Positions 1 through 12,817 of a stretch of 64,000 nt of DNA are shown piece by piece. Origin of the DNA: Mobula hypostoma (Eukaryota). The stretch spans positions 84,322,001 to 84,386,000 of the forward strand of contig NC_086108.1 in the NCBI RefSeq assembly GCF_963921235.1. The letters run 5' to 3'. Position 1 is the stretch's first letter; each line of letters begins with the position of its first letter. A program made the translations under genes and the position numbers. Under the pieces are notes generated by a model. The model had not been told where the DNA came from. It ran no database searches and was given only the letters and a program-made list of their open reading frames with translations.

Positions 1-985
1 CACTCTGTCTATGCCTCTCACATCTTATACACCTCTATCAAGTCACCTCTCACCCTCCTTCACCCTAGCTTACTCAGTATTTCCTCATAAGGGATGTTCT
101 CTAATCCAGGCAGTATCCTGATAAATCTCCTGTGCACCCTCTCTAAAGCTTCTACATCCTTCCTATAATGAGGCAACTAGAACCATGTTCCCTCCAAGGC
201 ATATTTTGCTACTGGCGCACAAAGGAATTTAAACTGTGAACAAGAGGTTGTCACCCTCTACCTTGTTGGCATAAGTATATTTCACGATCGTACACAATCA
301 CATTTCCTGTTCTGGTTTCTTTTGCAGACAGTGTTGACAATGTGGAGTTCGTGATTATTTGTCTGCAGATTTTAGAACTGGCTTACTTATATTGTTTTTA
401 TTGAAGAAATTATTCAGTGTGCACAAGTTGTTGTCACTGGGCAAATAATTGCACAGCACAAGATTTTTGTGCACACTGGTCATTACAAATTAGAGGGAAC
501 AGACTAGAAATAAACACAATACCCCAAGTGTGGTCTAACCTGAGTCTTATAGAGCTGCAACAATACCTCACGGCTCTTGAACGCAATGCCCGACTAATGA
601 AGGCCAGCACACCATATGTTACATAACCACCCTGCTACCAGAGTGGCAACTCTGAGGAATCTATGAATTTGGACCCAAGATTGCTACAATCCTCCACACT
701 AAGAATCCTGCATTAGCCTTGTACTCCAGCTCAAGTTTGATCTTCCAAAGAATATTACCTCACACTTGGCTAGTGTGAACTCCATTTTCCACTTCTCCAC
801 TCAAATCTGCATTCTGTCTATGTCCTGTTGGAACCTATGACAACCTTCTACCCTATCCACAACACCACCAATGTCCACTTCATCTGCAAACTTATTAACC
901 CACCCTTCCACTTCCTCATCCAACTCAGTTATAAAAATCACAGCGGGTAGGGGCCCCACAACAGATCCCTGCGGAACACTACTGG
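1..985 (-). mobile_element. CR1-clade LINE fragment (RT region), interrupted by a MITE at 184-502
   Basis: Minus-strand translation contains SSVPQGSVVGPL...ITELDEEVEGWVNKFADE, typical CR1/L2 RT motifs. Confidence 0.85.
184..502. mobile_element. hAT-like MITE (about 320 bp)
   Basis: Terminal inverted repeats TGTTCCCTC...GAGGGAACA; flanking duplication ACTAGAA at 176-182 and 503-509; splits the CR1. Confidence 0.65.
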
Positions 986-989
986 TCTC

Positions 990-1630
990 CAACTTCAGAG
1001 TAAAGTTCAGAGTAAATTTATTATCAAAGTACATATATGTCACCATATAGAACCCTGAGATCCATTTTCTTGTGGGCATTCACAGTAAGTACAAGAAACA
1101 CAATAGAATACACACAACAGGATAGACAGACAGCCAATGTGAAAAAGACAACAAATTGTGCAAACACAAAAGGAAAATAATAATAATAATAAATAAATAT
1201 TGTCAGCATGAGATGAAAAGACCTTGAAAGTGAGTCTATAGGTTGTGAGAAGAGTTCCACGATGCGGCAAGTGGAGCTGAGTGAAGTTATCTCCTCTGGT
1301 TCAGGAGCCTGATGGTTGATGTATAATGTTCCTGAACCCGGTTGTGTGGGTCCTGAGGCTCCTGCACCTTCTTCCTGATGGCAGCAGCTGAAAGAGAGTA
1401 TGGCCTGGATGGTGGGGCGATCCTTGACGATGGATGCTGCTTTCCTGCAACAGCATTCAATGGTGTGTTCAAGTTGTAGATGTGCTCAACAGTGGGGAGG
1501 ACTTTGCCCACATTGGACTGGGCAGCATCCACTACTTTTTGTAGGCTTTTCCATTTGAGGGCATTGGTGTTTACTTACCAGGTCATGATGTAGCCAATCA
1601 ATATACTCTCCACCACACATCTATAGAATT
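990..1630 (-). mobile_element. Rex1/Babar-like LINE 3' end
   Basis: Resembles the Rex1-type C-terminus (HP.H.LF.LLPSGRRY-like); the same 3' tail recurs at about 22980-23070 (+) and 54614-54710 (-). Confidence 0.65.
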
Positions 1631-1689
1631 TCCATGGGTCCCATCCTCCAATCTGCTGGTGCTTTTCACATGGCCAGGAAGGACACAAA

Positions 1690-2270
1690 GATCACCATCA
1701 ACGCTCCAGTAACTTTTTTCCCGTAGTAAATTGTGGTATATCACATCTGGCACTGGGGACATATCTATCCAAATGTTTTTCTAACACTGCCTCTTTCTTA
1801 ACCTTGACAGACATGCTCCAGTACATTGCCTGTTGTACACCAATCTCACGTTCGTCAAAGTCCCTCTCTCTGGTGAACACTGAAGCAAGTATCCGTTAAG
1901 GAATTCCCCCATTTCCTCCATCTCCGGGTATATTCCCCCTTTATCTCAGAGTGGTCCTACTCTTACTCCAGTTATCCTCCTGTTGAACTCATTGGGGGTT
2001 TCCGTATTGCTACTAGCTAAAGCTTTTCATGTCCCATTCTCGCTCTCCTTAGTTACTTCCTTAGCTCCTTCCTGGCTACATTACCACTCTCAAGGGCCCT
2101 GTATGATTTTTGCTTCCTAAGTTTTCAGTATGCTTCCTTCCTCCTCTTAACTAAATGTCCACCTATCATCAAGTATGGTTTCTTCATCCTACCAGCATTT
2201 CCCTGTCCCAGTGGGACAAACCCATCCAGAACCCCATGCAAGTGGTCGCTAAACAACATCATATTTCTGC
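1690..2270 (-). mobile_element. CR1-like LINE fragment (region upstream of RT)
   Basis: Degenerate VFTRERDFDERE...KKEAVL motif. Confidence 0.55.
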
Positions 2271-3231
2271 TATGTAACCAATAAATTTCAAGAATTGGAC
2301 AGACAGCAAACACTATAATAAAGTTTTATGTTTATAACGCAAGTTAGAGGTTGAGACTTTCCCATGGACTAAAGCAGAAAATGAAATATCGTAAAATATA
2401 TAGTACACAAAGTCCACAGAATTCTGAAATAATAGCAACAAGCTCAAAACCCAGTGGACTTGTATTGTAACTTTATTTGTCATATAGTGAATCTACAGCC
2501 AGGAATTCACAGGAAATTAAACTGAACTGTTGAATATCACAAATTTTAAAAAAATTTAAATTTACTATCATTTAACTTATTCAGTCATTCTGTGGCCAAG
2601 GTTTTGGTCATAAGGCTTTATTCAAGGCAGTTTTATAGTTCATCAAAGTTTAAGTTGTCAATTCTTAGGATTATCTCTACTTCTTGAAATTCCTTCAACT
2701 TTTCCAAGTTTTATGAGTGAACAAGCATGTCCATATGTACTTGCAAACAATCACCATCACACACTGGGTTTCAAATGTTAAGGACAAGGTTTCTCCTAAC
2801 ATTTCTTACTATCAGTATTCCTATAGTTAAGCAATCCAATTCAAAACATTATTTTCAGACTTTTTTATGAAATATTTATAATTTTAAATTTTAAATCAAA
2901 AGATCACTTTTGAAGGTGATTAAGTGAAAATGTTTAAACAGAAAAAGAAGTAACACACAATTGTCAAAAAGAGTAAACAGTCAATGTTTCAGGACGAGAT
3001 CCTTCATAAGTCATGCTTTAGTTCAAGTTTAATCGACAATGCAATCAGGTACCATACTAAAGAGAATTAATACATGTAGAGCTAACACTGGCCAAGGTAT
3101 GTAGGGCAGTCAGGATCATAAAATCAATCAAGATGCAACTGTAATTTAACACAACAATGGTATTACAAAGCTCAATATTCCCATGCCTCAATACAGCTAA
3201 CAGCATTCAATAACAGGAAAGATCTATATTC

Positions 3232-3239
3232 CTTTTCTT

Positions 3240-3273
<34 letters not shown>
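3232..3273. repeat. (CTTT)n/(CT)n microsatellite
   Basis: Directly visible. Confidence 0.95.
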
Positions 3274-3278
<5 letters not shown>

Positions 3279-3359
3279 TCAACAGCTACTTTAATTTTAA
3301 TTACTGTTGGAATGTTATTACCTATTGCTATGATTATTCAGATTTTTGTGCACTATGGA

Positions 3360-3690
3360 GACAACAGCATCCATTATCAAGGACACCCACCATCCAGGCC
3401 ATGCTCTCGTCTCACTGCTGCCATTGGGAAGGAGCTACAGGTGCCTTAGTTAGCCACCAAGTTTTACCCTTCAACCATCAGGCTCCTGAACCACTGTGGT
3501 TAACCCCTCACCTCAACGCTGAACTGATTGCCCAACCTATACACGACTTTAAAGGACTCTACGATGTATGTTCTCAGTATTATTGATTGATTATTTTTGT
3601 TGGATTTACACAGATCACTTTTGCACATTGGTTGTTTGCCAATCTTTGTTTACATGTAGTTTTTAATTGATTCCATTGCATTTCTTTCCT
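3360..3690 (+). mobile_element. Rex1/Babar-like LINE 3' end
   Basis: GCATCCATTATCAAGGACACCCACCATCCAGGCCATGCTCTC reads ASIIKDTHHPGHAL. Confidence 0.65.
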
Positions 3691-4240
3691 CAGGGTAGTA
3701 TACGGTGCCGTGTAGCGACTTTGATAATACTGTACATTAGAGCTGAATACTAATGGGGGAAAAGGTACACAATGAGTGTACATGCAAGTACCACACAAAA
3801 AACACCACTGTGAATGCAGACTATCTGTGAAATTCAGGTAATGCTTCTGTGAATACTCTGCAGGGGTCCTGCCGCAGTCAACGTGAGCAGTGGCAGTGCT
3901 TTACAGCTTGCATACACAACGTCATCACACCTGCCAGGGAGAAGGTAACCAAGGCAGCTCTTCTCTGGCTGCATGTTCCATCTGACTGTCACACCAGTAA
4001 ATGCAATTCAAACTCACCATTCACCAATGTAACATCATCCTCTGTATTGCAAACAATTTAAGTTGTGAGGCATATTATCTCTAAAAGTCAGTCTATCACT
4101 TGTGAGTATGCTTGTCCTTGTCCTCCAAAAGCAATGCTGCTCCAGTATGTAAAGGTGCCATGGTTCAAGGCTGTTATCTTTCAATGGAGACAACTGAGGA
4201 TTGCCTTGCAGTACTGCTTGGTCTGAGTTAAAACTTGGAG

Positions 4241-4362
4241 CTCTTACTAGCTCTTCTTTCAGTTAGTCCTGACGAAGGGTCTCAGCCCGAAAAGTCAACT
4301 GTACCTCTTCCTAGAGATGCTGTCTGGCCTGCTGCGTTCACCAGCAACTTTTATGAGTGTTT
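4241..4362 (+). mobile_element. Penelope-like element terminus with hammerhead motif (4265-4300)
   Basis: AGTC CTGACGA A GGG TCTCAG CCC GAAA AGTC AACT; homologous to the 3' end of the RT+GIY-YIG element at 8711-10973. Confidence 0.85.
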
Positions 4363-4607
4363 GAAGTACTTACTGTATTTTGCTTAACTGGGCTGAAGAT
4401 AAATACTGCCCCCAGTAGCATTAGAGGAAAATAGATCAGTCAACTTCTGCATTCTTCTGCCATCTAGTGAGCTAATTGCTGCCTTAAAGACAAACCAATT
4501 GTTTCATACTCGTCACTGACGCTACACTTATTCCAAACTTACTTAACTAACTGAATTCAACTTCTGACCCAAGCCTCTGGGCTACGATCCCAAGATCATA
4601 TAACCAT

Positions 4608-4709
4608 AGCAACACACACAAAATGCTGGAGGAACTCAGCAGGCCGAGCAGCATCAATGGAAAAGAGTAAACAGTCGATGTTTCTGGCTCAGACCTTTCA
4701 TCAGGACTC
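4608..4709 (-). mobile_element. PLE terminus (second subfamily) with hammerhead motif
   Basis: Reverse complement AGTC CTGATGA AAGGTCTGAGCCA GAAA CATC GACT followed by TGCTGAGTTCCTCCAGCA. Confidence 0.8.
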
Positions 4710-6978
4710 ATAATCCTGCGTGGCTGTGTGTAACTTCTGCTTGTGCTGCAACACACGATGATGAAACTGCCTGGGTGTTAGCACTGGCTCGGTGCTACAA
4801 GTGTGCAAGTGCAGTTGTCCAGCAATTCCATCCTTGAAAACAGAGGTTCTGAGCTCTACACAAGTGTGATTCTGATACACCTGCCTAGGTATCAAGCATT
4901 TACCTGTTAATTATTTATCAATCTTCTGCAACCAAAGTAGTCAGCTCATTGGTGCACAGATCCATTCAGCTGTACAACACAGAAATAGGCCTTTCAGCAC
5001 AACTTGTACATGCCAACGAAGGTATTTGTCGAAAGTAATCCCATTTGCTTGCATTTGGTTTTAAGCAAAGGAGACCAACTTCACTACTGCAGTGGGATGT
5101 ATGCCTGACTCAGTAACACAGCTAGACTTTGCCGAACCCAAGTATAAATTATCAATGAGCAGACAGCTGGCATACTGCCTGCAGAAGAAGCATCAGTCAT
5201 GTAGTAATCATTATGCTGATCCCAATATTATTTTCAATCCAATTTAGTCTCATAACGCAAGAGCAAAAATTTCAAGTTGAAAAAAATGCTATGTGGCAGT
5301 TCAGTTTGCCAAGCAGTGTTGCTCACGAATGCACTAATCTCCAATAAACATTTAGAAAAGCATAGATGATCCCAAAGAGAGAAGAAAGCATACAGATAGA
5401 AAATCTATAGAGAATATGCTACAATTGCCAAGGTAATTAGAAAGGAACAAAATCCAAGATACTGAGATTTTGTCACAAATCCAATCCCATATCACCACAC
5501 AATGAAATCAGAACCTAAAGTGTAATCCAGAGCACTATCTCATCCCTCTGCATATATCACGTGCACATGCAAACCAACTTTATTTGACCAAAACATAGTT
5601 CTGCCTCAATTACTTTTTTGTAATGCCACTGTTTTCAAAAAGATGCTCCTTGGTTCAGGTGCTCCTTGGCTTCTATTTTGCACTCAAAAAGTTCATTTAA
5701 GTTTTTTGGAAAAGTCAAAGGAACATTCAATGCTCCATTTGAATGTAGGGATAAAGGGAACTTGCAGCAGATTACACCAGAAGGGTTAATTACAACAGAT
5801 AGATGTGAGAAAACACATTTAGAAATAGAATATCATTTAAAAAATAGAAAAAGCATTTAGGTAATAATCAATTTTCTATATTACTAATGTTTCATAAGTG
5901 TCAAGGTAAGTCTTTATTTCATTCATTTATTTTCTTTTCAATCTCTCCTCCTCCTCCCGTGCTGAGCTAGGTTCAAATGATCAGCAGGCCTCTGATACCT
6001 TCGCTAGATAACTATTTTCATGACCCAGCTTGGTCATGATTGTTCACAAGGCATTTGACCACTGAGCTATTACAAATAAACTGGATCCTTGTCCAAAGGT
6101 ATTTCCTAGTTTGTGCCATGGTGTAGCATACCCTAGTGATTACTGCCGATATTTTTTCATCCTCCTTAACCAGGTGAAATTAACCAAATTACTTCACTTT
6201 AGCCGCAAGATACTAATTCAGCATTAATCGGAGACCAAATGTAATACTGTTATTTGGGCATTATTTAACATTTCCACTTTGTGTATTTGAAGTGTCACTA
6301 ATCCTTTAACATTAATAATTCCTCATGTCAACCAAAAACTGAATATGCTCTTAAATGTAAGAGCAGTCGTGTCTCTTCCATTTGAAGTCTGAACAAAGAA
6401 AACTGCTACTCCTCACAATCCGCAAAAAATAATATAACTCTCATATACAACACAACTTTTACTAAATATTAACCATTTCATCACTGTTTTTAGAGCAGAG
6501 AATGAAGCCATTTTTCTGTTAAATTCGAAACAGAATGTGAATTGAATAATGGCCAGGCAGTTCATCAAAGTAGTAATTGCTCAACTCCCCATAGCACATA
6601 CAGTAAAAACGTGTTTAACAGATGTAAACATTTAACTTTAAGTTACATGAACATACACTCTTGTTCGCAATGTCAATATAAAATTGATCATGGAAAAGAA
6701 CCAGACTTAATGCAACTTGAAAGTTTATGCAATATTGTCAGGAAAGTTTGATAGGTACGTTTATGTTTATACAATGGACCTTAGTACTTTTCACTATAAC
6801 ACATCTGAATGACAAAAGTGCCAAAGGTCCAACATGCTGTTTTCTTCAATGCCATTCCTATCTAGCCAGCTCTTCAGCTTAATTTTTCAATCGCCAGAAT
6901 TGTTATCATTGCAGCTGACTGAGGACATCTAGTGGCAGAGGTTTGCTAATACAGCATCACTGAAGATCTGAGAATCTT

Positions 6979-7149
6979 AAAAACGCGAACACGAGGAAAT
7001 CTGCAGATGCTGGAATTTCAAGCAACACATATAAAAGTTGCTGGTGGAATGCAGTAGGCCAGGCAGCATCTATAGGAAGAGGTACAGTCGATGTTTTGGA
7101 CCGAGACCCTTCGTCAGGACTAACTGACTTTTTAACTTTTATGTGTGTT
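6979..7149 (-). mobile_element. Short PLE terminus insertion with small inverted tail
   Basis: 13-bp TSD ATCTGAGAATCTT (6966-6978 and 7150-7162); hammerhead-like core at about 7086-7121 with GAAA decayed. Confidence 0.85.
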
Positions 7150-8770
7150 ATCTGAGAATCTTGAATGGTTCAGGTTTCTTACCATTTATTAACATTGAAT
7201 AAAAGAATATCACAGGAAGCTCATACATAATAGCATTATATTTATTTACTCAATTAGTAGCCAACTTTCCAATTCAAAAGAATTTAAGTGTTCCATCCTG
7301 TTGGAAAATGAGAGGCCATTCTCTTCACCTTGTGTCTCTCTGTGAGCTGATTCCAGAATGATGTGATGGTAAAAGTGTACACCAGAACCCATGTAACAGA
7401 TTTATAGTTAAAAATAAGGTAAATACCTTGAGTAGATAATGCAATTCCTGCAAATATCTGAAATGCTAAGAATCTTAAAACCACAGTTGCATTTGTGGGA
7501 ACATCATGTTTTCTAGTTTCAAGAGAGTTATGCAAAAAGATAGGTCTTGTCATCACAGTTACCGTAGGGAGCACATAGTTCAACAAACCTTTACACCTGA
7601 GTGAAAAAAATGTGACATTCCTGAACAATTTATTGTCCTCACCTCAGAGTTTCACTGTTTCGAAAATGTTTATCCATGGGATTTGGTCTATGAAGGCTGA
7701 GCCACCATTTAATTGCCCATCCCTAATAAGCATTGAGAAGGTGGTGCTGAGGTGGAGGTTTGGGTATACCCACAAAGCTGACATGAATGTTCCAGGATAT
7801 TGACTCGGTGATAGTAAAGGACGAGTGATAATAGTTCCAATTCAAGATGGCATGTGGCTTGGAGGGCAACTTCCAGGTGGAGTTAAAAAAAACGTCTGTG
7901 GGCAGGGGTGGGGGGGAGGAATTGTTGAAATTTCAGGTTAGACCCGACATATCTCTCTGCAATCTGCCATGAGTAATGCTAATCATTTTCTGGGGTGATA
8001 GAGTACACTGTCAGCACCCTATACCACATTCAGAAGTGCAATCTTTTCTGTCTGAAATATCATAAATCAGTTTAACTTCCAGACGAAACTTTGGACACTA
8101 ACTTAGAAACTTCATTTAGTTTCATGTGAAATAATTACATTTTAATTACAAAAGGAAAAAAAAAAGCAAACTATAGGACTCAAAAGTACTTGGTTAGTAC
8201 TTCATTCAGACTTGTCATGGCTGTATTCATTTAGTCATTTTTCAAATTCTAATCAGAAATAACTGCATGATCTCATTATTTAGCCGTTCTTGTGTTTTCA
8301 TTTCCACATGAGTCTAAAGCCAGATCCCATGCCTATCACCATTAGAGAGGGAAAAAAATTTACCACTCTGTTTCATATTACTCAAGGAGAATGAAGAATT
8401 GTCACTAGGATCCAGGCTGTGGTCTCTGGCCAGGAGATAGTAGGTAGAATGGTTACAGATAAAGCCTCAGGTTTAAAGCAGTCAAGAGACCAGAAGTGAG
8501 GGGCAACACAATGGACCAGGATTGGAAATGTTCTCTGGAAAACATTTTATGTAGTGTGGATTAAAGTTCACAAGACTAAGAAAAACCAAGCAGATCAATG
8601 GAACTCAATATTTTGATGAATATGTTACTGAGCAACTTAACAAGATCTACTGTTCCTCATTGCATGCAAAGGCCAAAAATTAACAAATAAAAATATAATT
8701 GAAGCAACTGACACACATCAAAGTTGCTGGTGAACGCAGCAGGCCAGGCAGCATCTGTAGGAAGAGGTGC

Positions 8771-8806
8771 AGTCGACGTTTCAGGCCGAGACCCTTCGTC
8801 AGGACT
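8771..8806 (-). ncRNA. Minimal type-I hammerhead ribozyme (best-preserved copy)
   Basis: 5'-AGUC CUGACGA AGG GUCUCGG CCU GAAAC GUC GACU-3': helix I AGUC/GACU, core CUGANGA and GAAA, helix II, GUC cleavage triplet, palindromic ACGU instead of helix III loop. Confidence 0.8.
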
Positions 8807-9099
8807 AACTGAAGGAAGAGTGAGTAAGGGATTTGAAGGCTGGAGGGGGAGGGGAAGATCCAAAATGATAGGAGAAGACAGGAGGAGGAGGGATAGAGCC
8901 AAGAGCTGGACAGGTGATAGGCAAAAGGGGATATGAGAGGATCATGGGACAGGAGGTCCGGGAAGAAAGACAAGGGGGGGGGACCCAGAAGATGGGCAAG
9001 AGGTATATTCAGAGGGACAGAGGGAGAAAAAGGAGAGTGAGAGAAAGAATGTGTGTATAAAAATAAGTAACAGATGGGGTACAAGGGGGAGGTGGGGCC

Positions 9100-10973
9100 T
9101 TAGCGGAAGTTAGAGAAGTCGATGTTCATGCCATCAGGTTGGAGGCTACCCAGACGGAATATAAGGTGTTGTTCCTCCAGCCTGAGTGTGGCTTCACCTT
9201 GACAGTAGAGGAGCCGTGGATAGACATGTCAGAATGGGAATGGGATGTGGAATTAAAATGTGTGGCCACTGGGAGATCCTGCTTTCTCTGGCAGACAGAG
9301 CGTAGATGTTCAGCAAAGCGGTCTCCCAGTCTGCGTCGGGTCTCACCAATATATAAAAAGGCCACATCGGGAGCACCGGACGCAGTATATCACCCCAGTC
9401 GACTCACAGGTGAAGTGTTGCCTCACCTGGAAGGACTGTTTGGGGCCCTGAATGGTGGTAAGGGAGGAAGTGTAAGGGCATGTGTAGCACTTGTTCCGCT
9501 TACACGGATAAGTGCCAGGAGGGAGATCAGTGGGGAGGGATGGGAGGGATGAATGGACAAGGAAGTTACGTAGGGAGCGATCCCTGCGGAATGCAGAGAG
9601 AGGGCGGGAGGGAAAGATGTGCTTAGTGGTGGGATCCCGTTGGAGGTGGCGGAAGTTACGGAGAATAATATGTTGGACCTGGAGGCTGGTGGGGTGGTAG
9701 GTGAGGACCAGGGGAACCCTATTCCTAGTGGGGTGGCAGGAGGTTGGAGTGAGAGCAGATGTACGTGAAATGGGGGAGATGCGTTTAAGAGCAGAGTTGA
9801 TAGTAGAGGAAGGGAAGCCCCTTTCTTTAAAAAAGGAAGACATCTCCCTCGTCCTAGAATGAAAAGCCTCATCCTGAGAGCAGATGCGGCGGAGACGGAG
9901 GAATTGCGAGAAGGGGATGGCGTTCTTGCAAGAGACAGGGTGAGAAGAGGAATAGTCCAGATAGCTGTGAGAGTCAGTAGGCTTATAGTAGACATCAGTG
10001 GATAAGCTGTCTCCAGAGACAGAGACAGAAAGATCTAGAAAGGGGAGGGAGGTGTCAGAAATGGACCAGGTAAACTTGAGGGCAGGGTGAAAGTTGGAGG
10101 CAAAGTTAATAAAGTCAACGAGTTCTGCATGCGTGCAGGAAGCAGCGCCAATGCAGTCGTCGATGTAGCGAAGGAAAAGTGGGGGACAGATACCAGAATA
10201 GGCACGGAACATAGATTGTTCCACAAAGCCAACAAAAAGGCAGGCATAGCTAGGACCCATACGGGTGCCCATAGCTACACCTTTAGTTTGGAGGAAGTGG
10301 GAGGAGCCAAAGGAGAAATTATTAAGAGTAAGGACTAATTCCGCTAGACGGAGCAGAGTGGTGGTAGAGGGGAACTGATTAGGTCTGGAATCTAAAAAGA
10401 AGCGTAGAGCTTTGAGACCTTCCTGATGGGGGATGGAAGTATATAAGGACTGGACATCCATTGTGAAAATAAAGCGGTGGGGGCCAGGGAACTTAAAATC
10501 ATCGAAAAATTTAAGAGCGTGAGAAGTGTCACGAACATAGGTCAGAAGGGATTGAACAAGGGGTGATAAAACCGTGTCGAGGTATGCAGAAACGAGTTCG
10601 GTGGGGCAGGAGCAAGCTGAGACAATAGGTCGGCCAGGACAGGCAGGTTTGTGGATCTTGGGTAGGAGGTAGAAACGGGAAGTGCGGGGTGTGGGAACTA
10701 TAAGGTTGGTAGCAGTGGATGGGAGATCCCCTGAGCAGATAAAGTCGGTGATGGTGTGGGAGACAATGGCCTGGTGCTCCTTAGTGGGGTCACGATCGAG
10801 GGGTAAATGAGAGGAGGTATCCGTGAGTTGTTGCTGTGCCTCGGCAAGCTAGAGGTCAGTACGCCAGACCACAACAACACCCCCCTTATCAGCGGGTTTA
10901 ATAATAAGGTTAGGATTAGTGCGGAGGGAGTGGAGAGCAGAGCGTTCAGAAGGAGTGAGGTTGGAATGGGGAC
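9100..10973 (-). pseudogene. PLE reverse transcriptase / GIY-YIG endonuclease ORF (frameshifted, 5'-truncated)
   Basis: 372-aa ORF 9343-10461 plus GIY-YIG frame 9126-9365; stop TAA at 9100-9102 after PDGMNIDFSNFR. Confidence 0.9.
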
Positions 10974-11676
10974 AATTGAAGCAACTGGTTTCTTACTAAC
11001 TGTTGTATAGCTAAAGAAGTAGTGGTATAGGTCGAGAAGCAAATTATCAAATCAGCATCAGCCGAGGGGCTGCAGATAATGCAAGTGGATTTAAATTGAA
11101 CGAAAATGAAATTTCTTTCTAAAACTAGGCAGGACATACATTGTGCCTGATCTGTATTAGACAAAGGTTTATATTATTGCACTCCAATACATTCTCAATG
11201 CAGTCTGATACACTTCAAGTCAGTTTACTGGCTTGATTTGTCATTTCGTTTGAAATTGTTTTTCAATTCATTAAGACTCTGCAATCTGCAAAGCATGTTA
11301 AATGTATTTAAGCACATCACTGTGAATGAACACCACAAAATAAAAGGGTTTGCTGAAATAAAGTCACACTTGATATCTGGGGAATATAAATACATCTCTG
11401 CTTCGATTCCTTTAAACTAAAACTACACTATTTATCCAAAGCAGGTAACATCAGGACTTGAAAGATCATTTTCACATTCCTTCATCTTCACAGAATCCAA
11501 ATCTGTAACTCGTTGATTAATAGCACTAAGGCAACTGCTTATCAAAGTGCTCTCAAGGCAATCTGGGACAAACAAGCAACTTCCATTTTCGGGAAAAAAA
11601 GCACAAATAAAAAATGCAAACTCTAAGTAATGTCTCATCACTAGACCACAGATCAACCAGTTTACATCGATAAAAT

Positions 11677-11743
11677 AACCCAAAGAGGTCCTCTGCAAAC
11701 CCAAAGAGTTTCCTCTGCAAACCCAAAGAGTTTCCTCTGCAAA
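11677..11743. repeat. 3 x ~22-bp tandem repeat (AACCCAAAGAGTTTCCTCTGCA)
   Basis: Directly visible. Confidence 0.9.
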
Positions 11744-11778
11744 TTTCATGAGAACAAGGAATCTCATTGCTCTCTATG

Positions 11779-12329
11779 TACAAGAAGGGCTAGAGTCACC
11801 TCTGCTTCCTGAGCAGCCTGAGGTCCCTTGGAGTATGCCGGCCTCTCCTTCACATGTTCTATCAGTCTGTTGTCGCCAATACAATCTTCAATGCAGTGGC
11901 GTGCTGAGGCAATGTATCAACACCGGTGATGCCGACAGGCTCAATAAACTGATTAGAAAGACTGGCTCCATTATAGGAGTCAAACTGGACACACTGGAGG
12001 CTGCAGTAGAACAAAGGACCCTATGGAAAATCCTGGCAATCAGGACAATGTTTCTCACCCTCTGCATGCCACCTTGGCTGAACAGAGGAGCATCTCTAGT
12101 AACAGACTACAACAACTGCACTGCTCCAAAGATGAGGTCATTCTTACCCTTGGCCCTATAATGAGTCAACCTATAGCTGGGGAAGTGAAGATCCCATACT
12201 GTTAGACTGTTTGAGGTAAAAAATTTTTATTATTTCTTACTTCTCTTCTAATATTTGTGTATCTGTGCATTTGTAATGCTACCGTGACACTGTAATTTCC
12301 TTTGGGATTAAAAAAGTATCTACCTATCT
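11779..12329 (+). mobile_element. Rex1/Babar-like LINE 3' fragment
   Basis: DADRLNKLIRKTGSIIGVKLDTLE and DNVSHPLH motifs; tail ending TATCTACCTATCT. Confidence 0.8.
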
Positions 12330-12416
12330 GTTCTCTATGACAATCTATCATCAGTCATTTCAATGTTGATAGATGTGAGGCTTATAAACATATACACACA
12401 AATTAAATTCACTTCA

Positions 12417-12817
12417 CATAGTCATAGTCATACTTTATTGATCCCGGGGGAAATTGGTTTTCGTTACAGTTGCACCATAAATAATAAATAGTAATAAAAC
12501 CATAAATAGTTAAATAGTAATATGTAAATTATGCCAGGAAATAAGTCCAGGACCAGCCTATTGGCTCAGGGTGTCTGTAAAGTTTGACGGCCACAGGCAG
12601 GAATGACTTCCTAAGACGCTCTGTGTTACATCTCGGTGGAATGAGTCTCTGGCTGAATGTACTCCTGTGCCCACCCAGTACATTATGTAGTGGATGGGAG
12701 ACATTGTCCAAGATGGCATGCAACTTAGACAGCATCCTCTTTTCAGACACCACCGTCAGAGAGTCCAGTTCCATCCCCACAACATCACTGGCCTTACGAA
12801 TGAGTTTGTTGATTCTG
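12417..12817 (-). mobile_element. Rex1/Babar-like LINE 3' fragment
   Basis: KLHAILDNVSHPLH...RCNTERLRKSFLP; (TATGAC)n tail; ATTCACTT on both flanks. Confidence 0.8.

Larger units (their letters stand above)
8711..10973 (-). mobile_element. Young, 5'-truncated Penelope-like retroelement (RT + GIY-YIG + 3' hammerhead)
   Basis: 14-bp TSD AATTGAAGCAACTG (8697-8710 and 10974-10987); RT motifs MDVQSLYTSIP, KGVAMGTRMGPSYA, LRYIDD; GIY-YIG GVIYCVRC..C...YIGETRRRLGDRFAEH. Confidence 0.95.

Noticed and set aside
2951..3012. Additional hammerhead copy
   Set aside because: Core mutated (CTTATGA); counted only as a decayed PLE terminus
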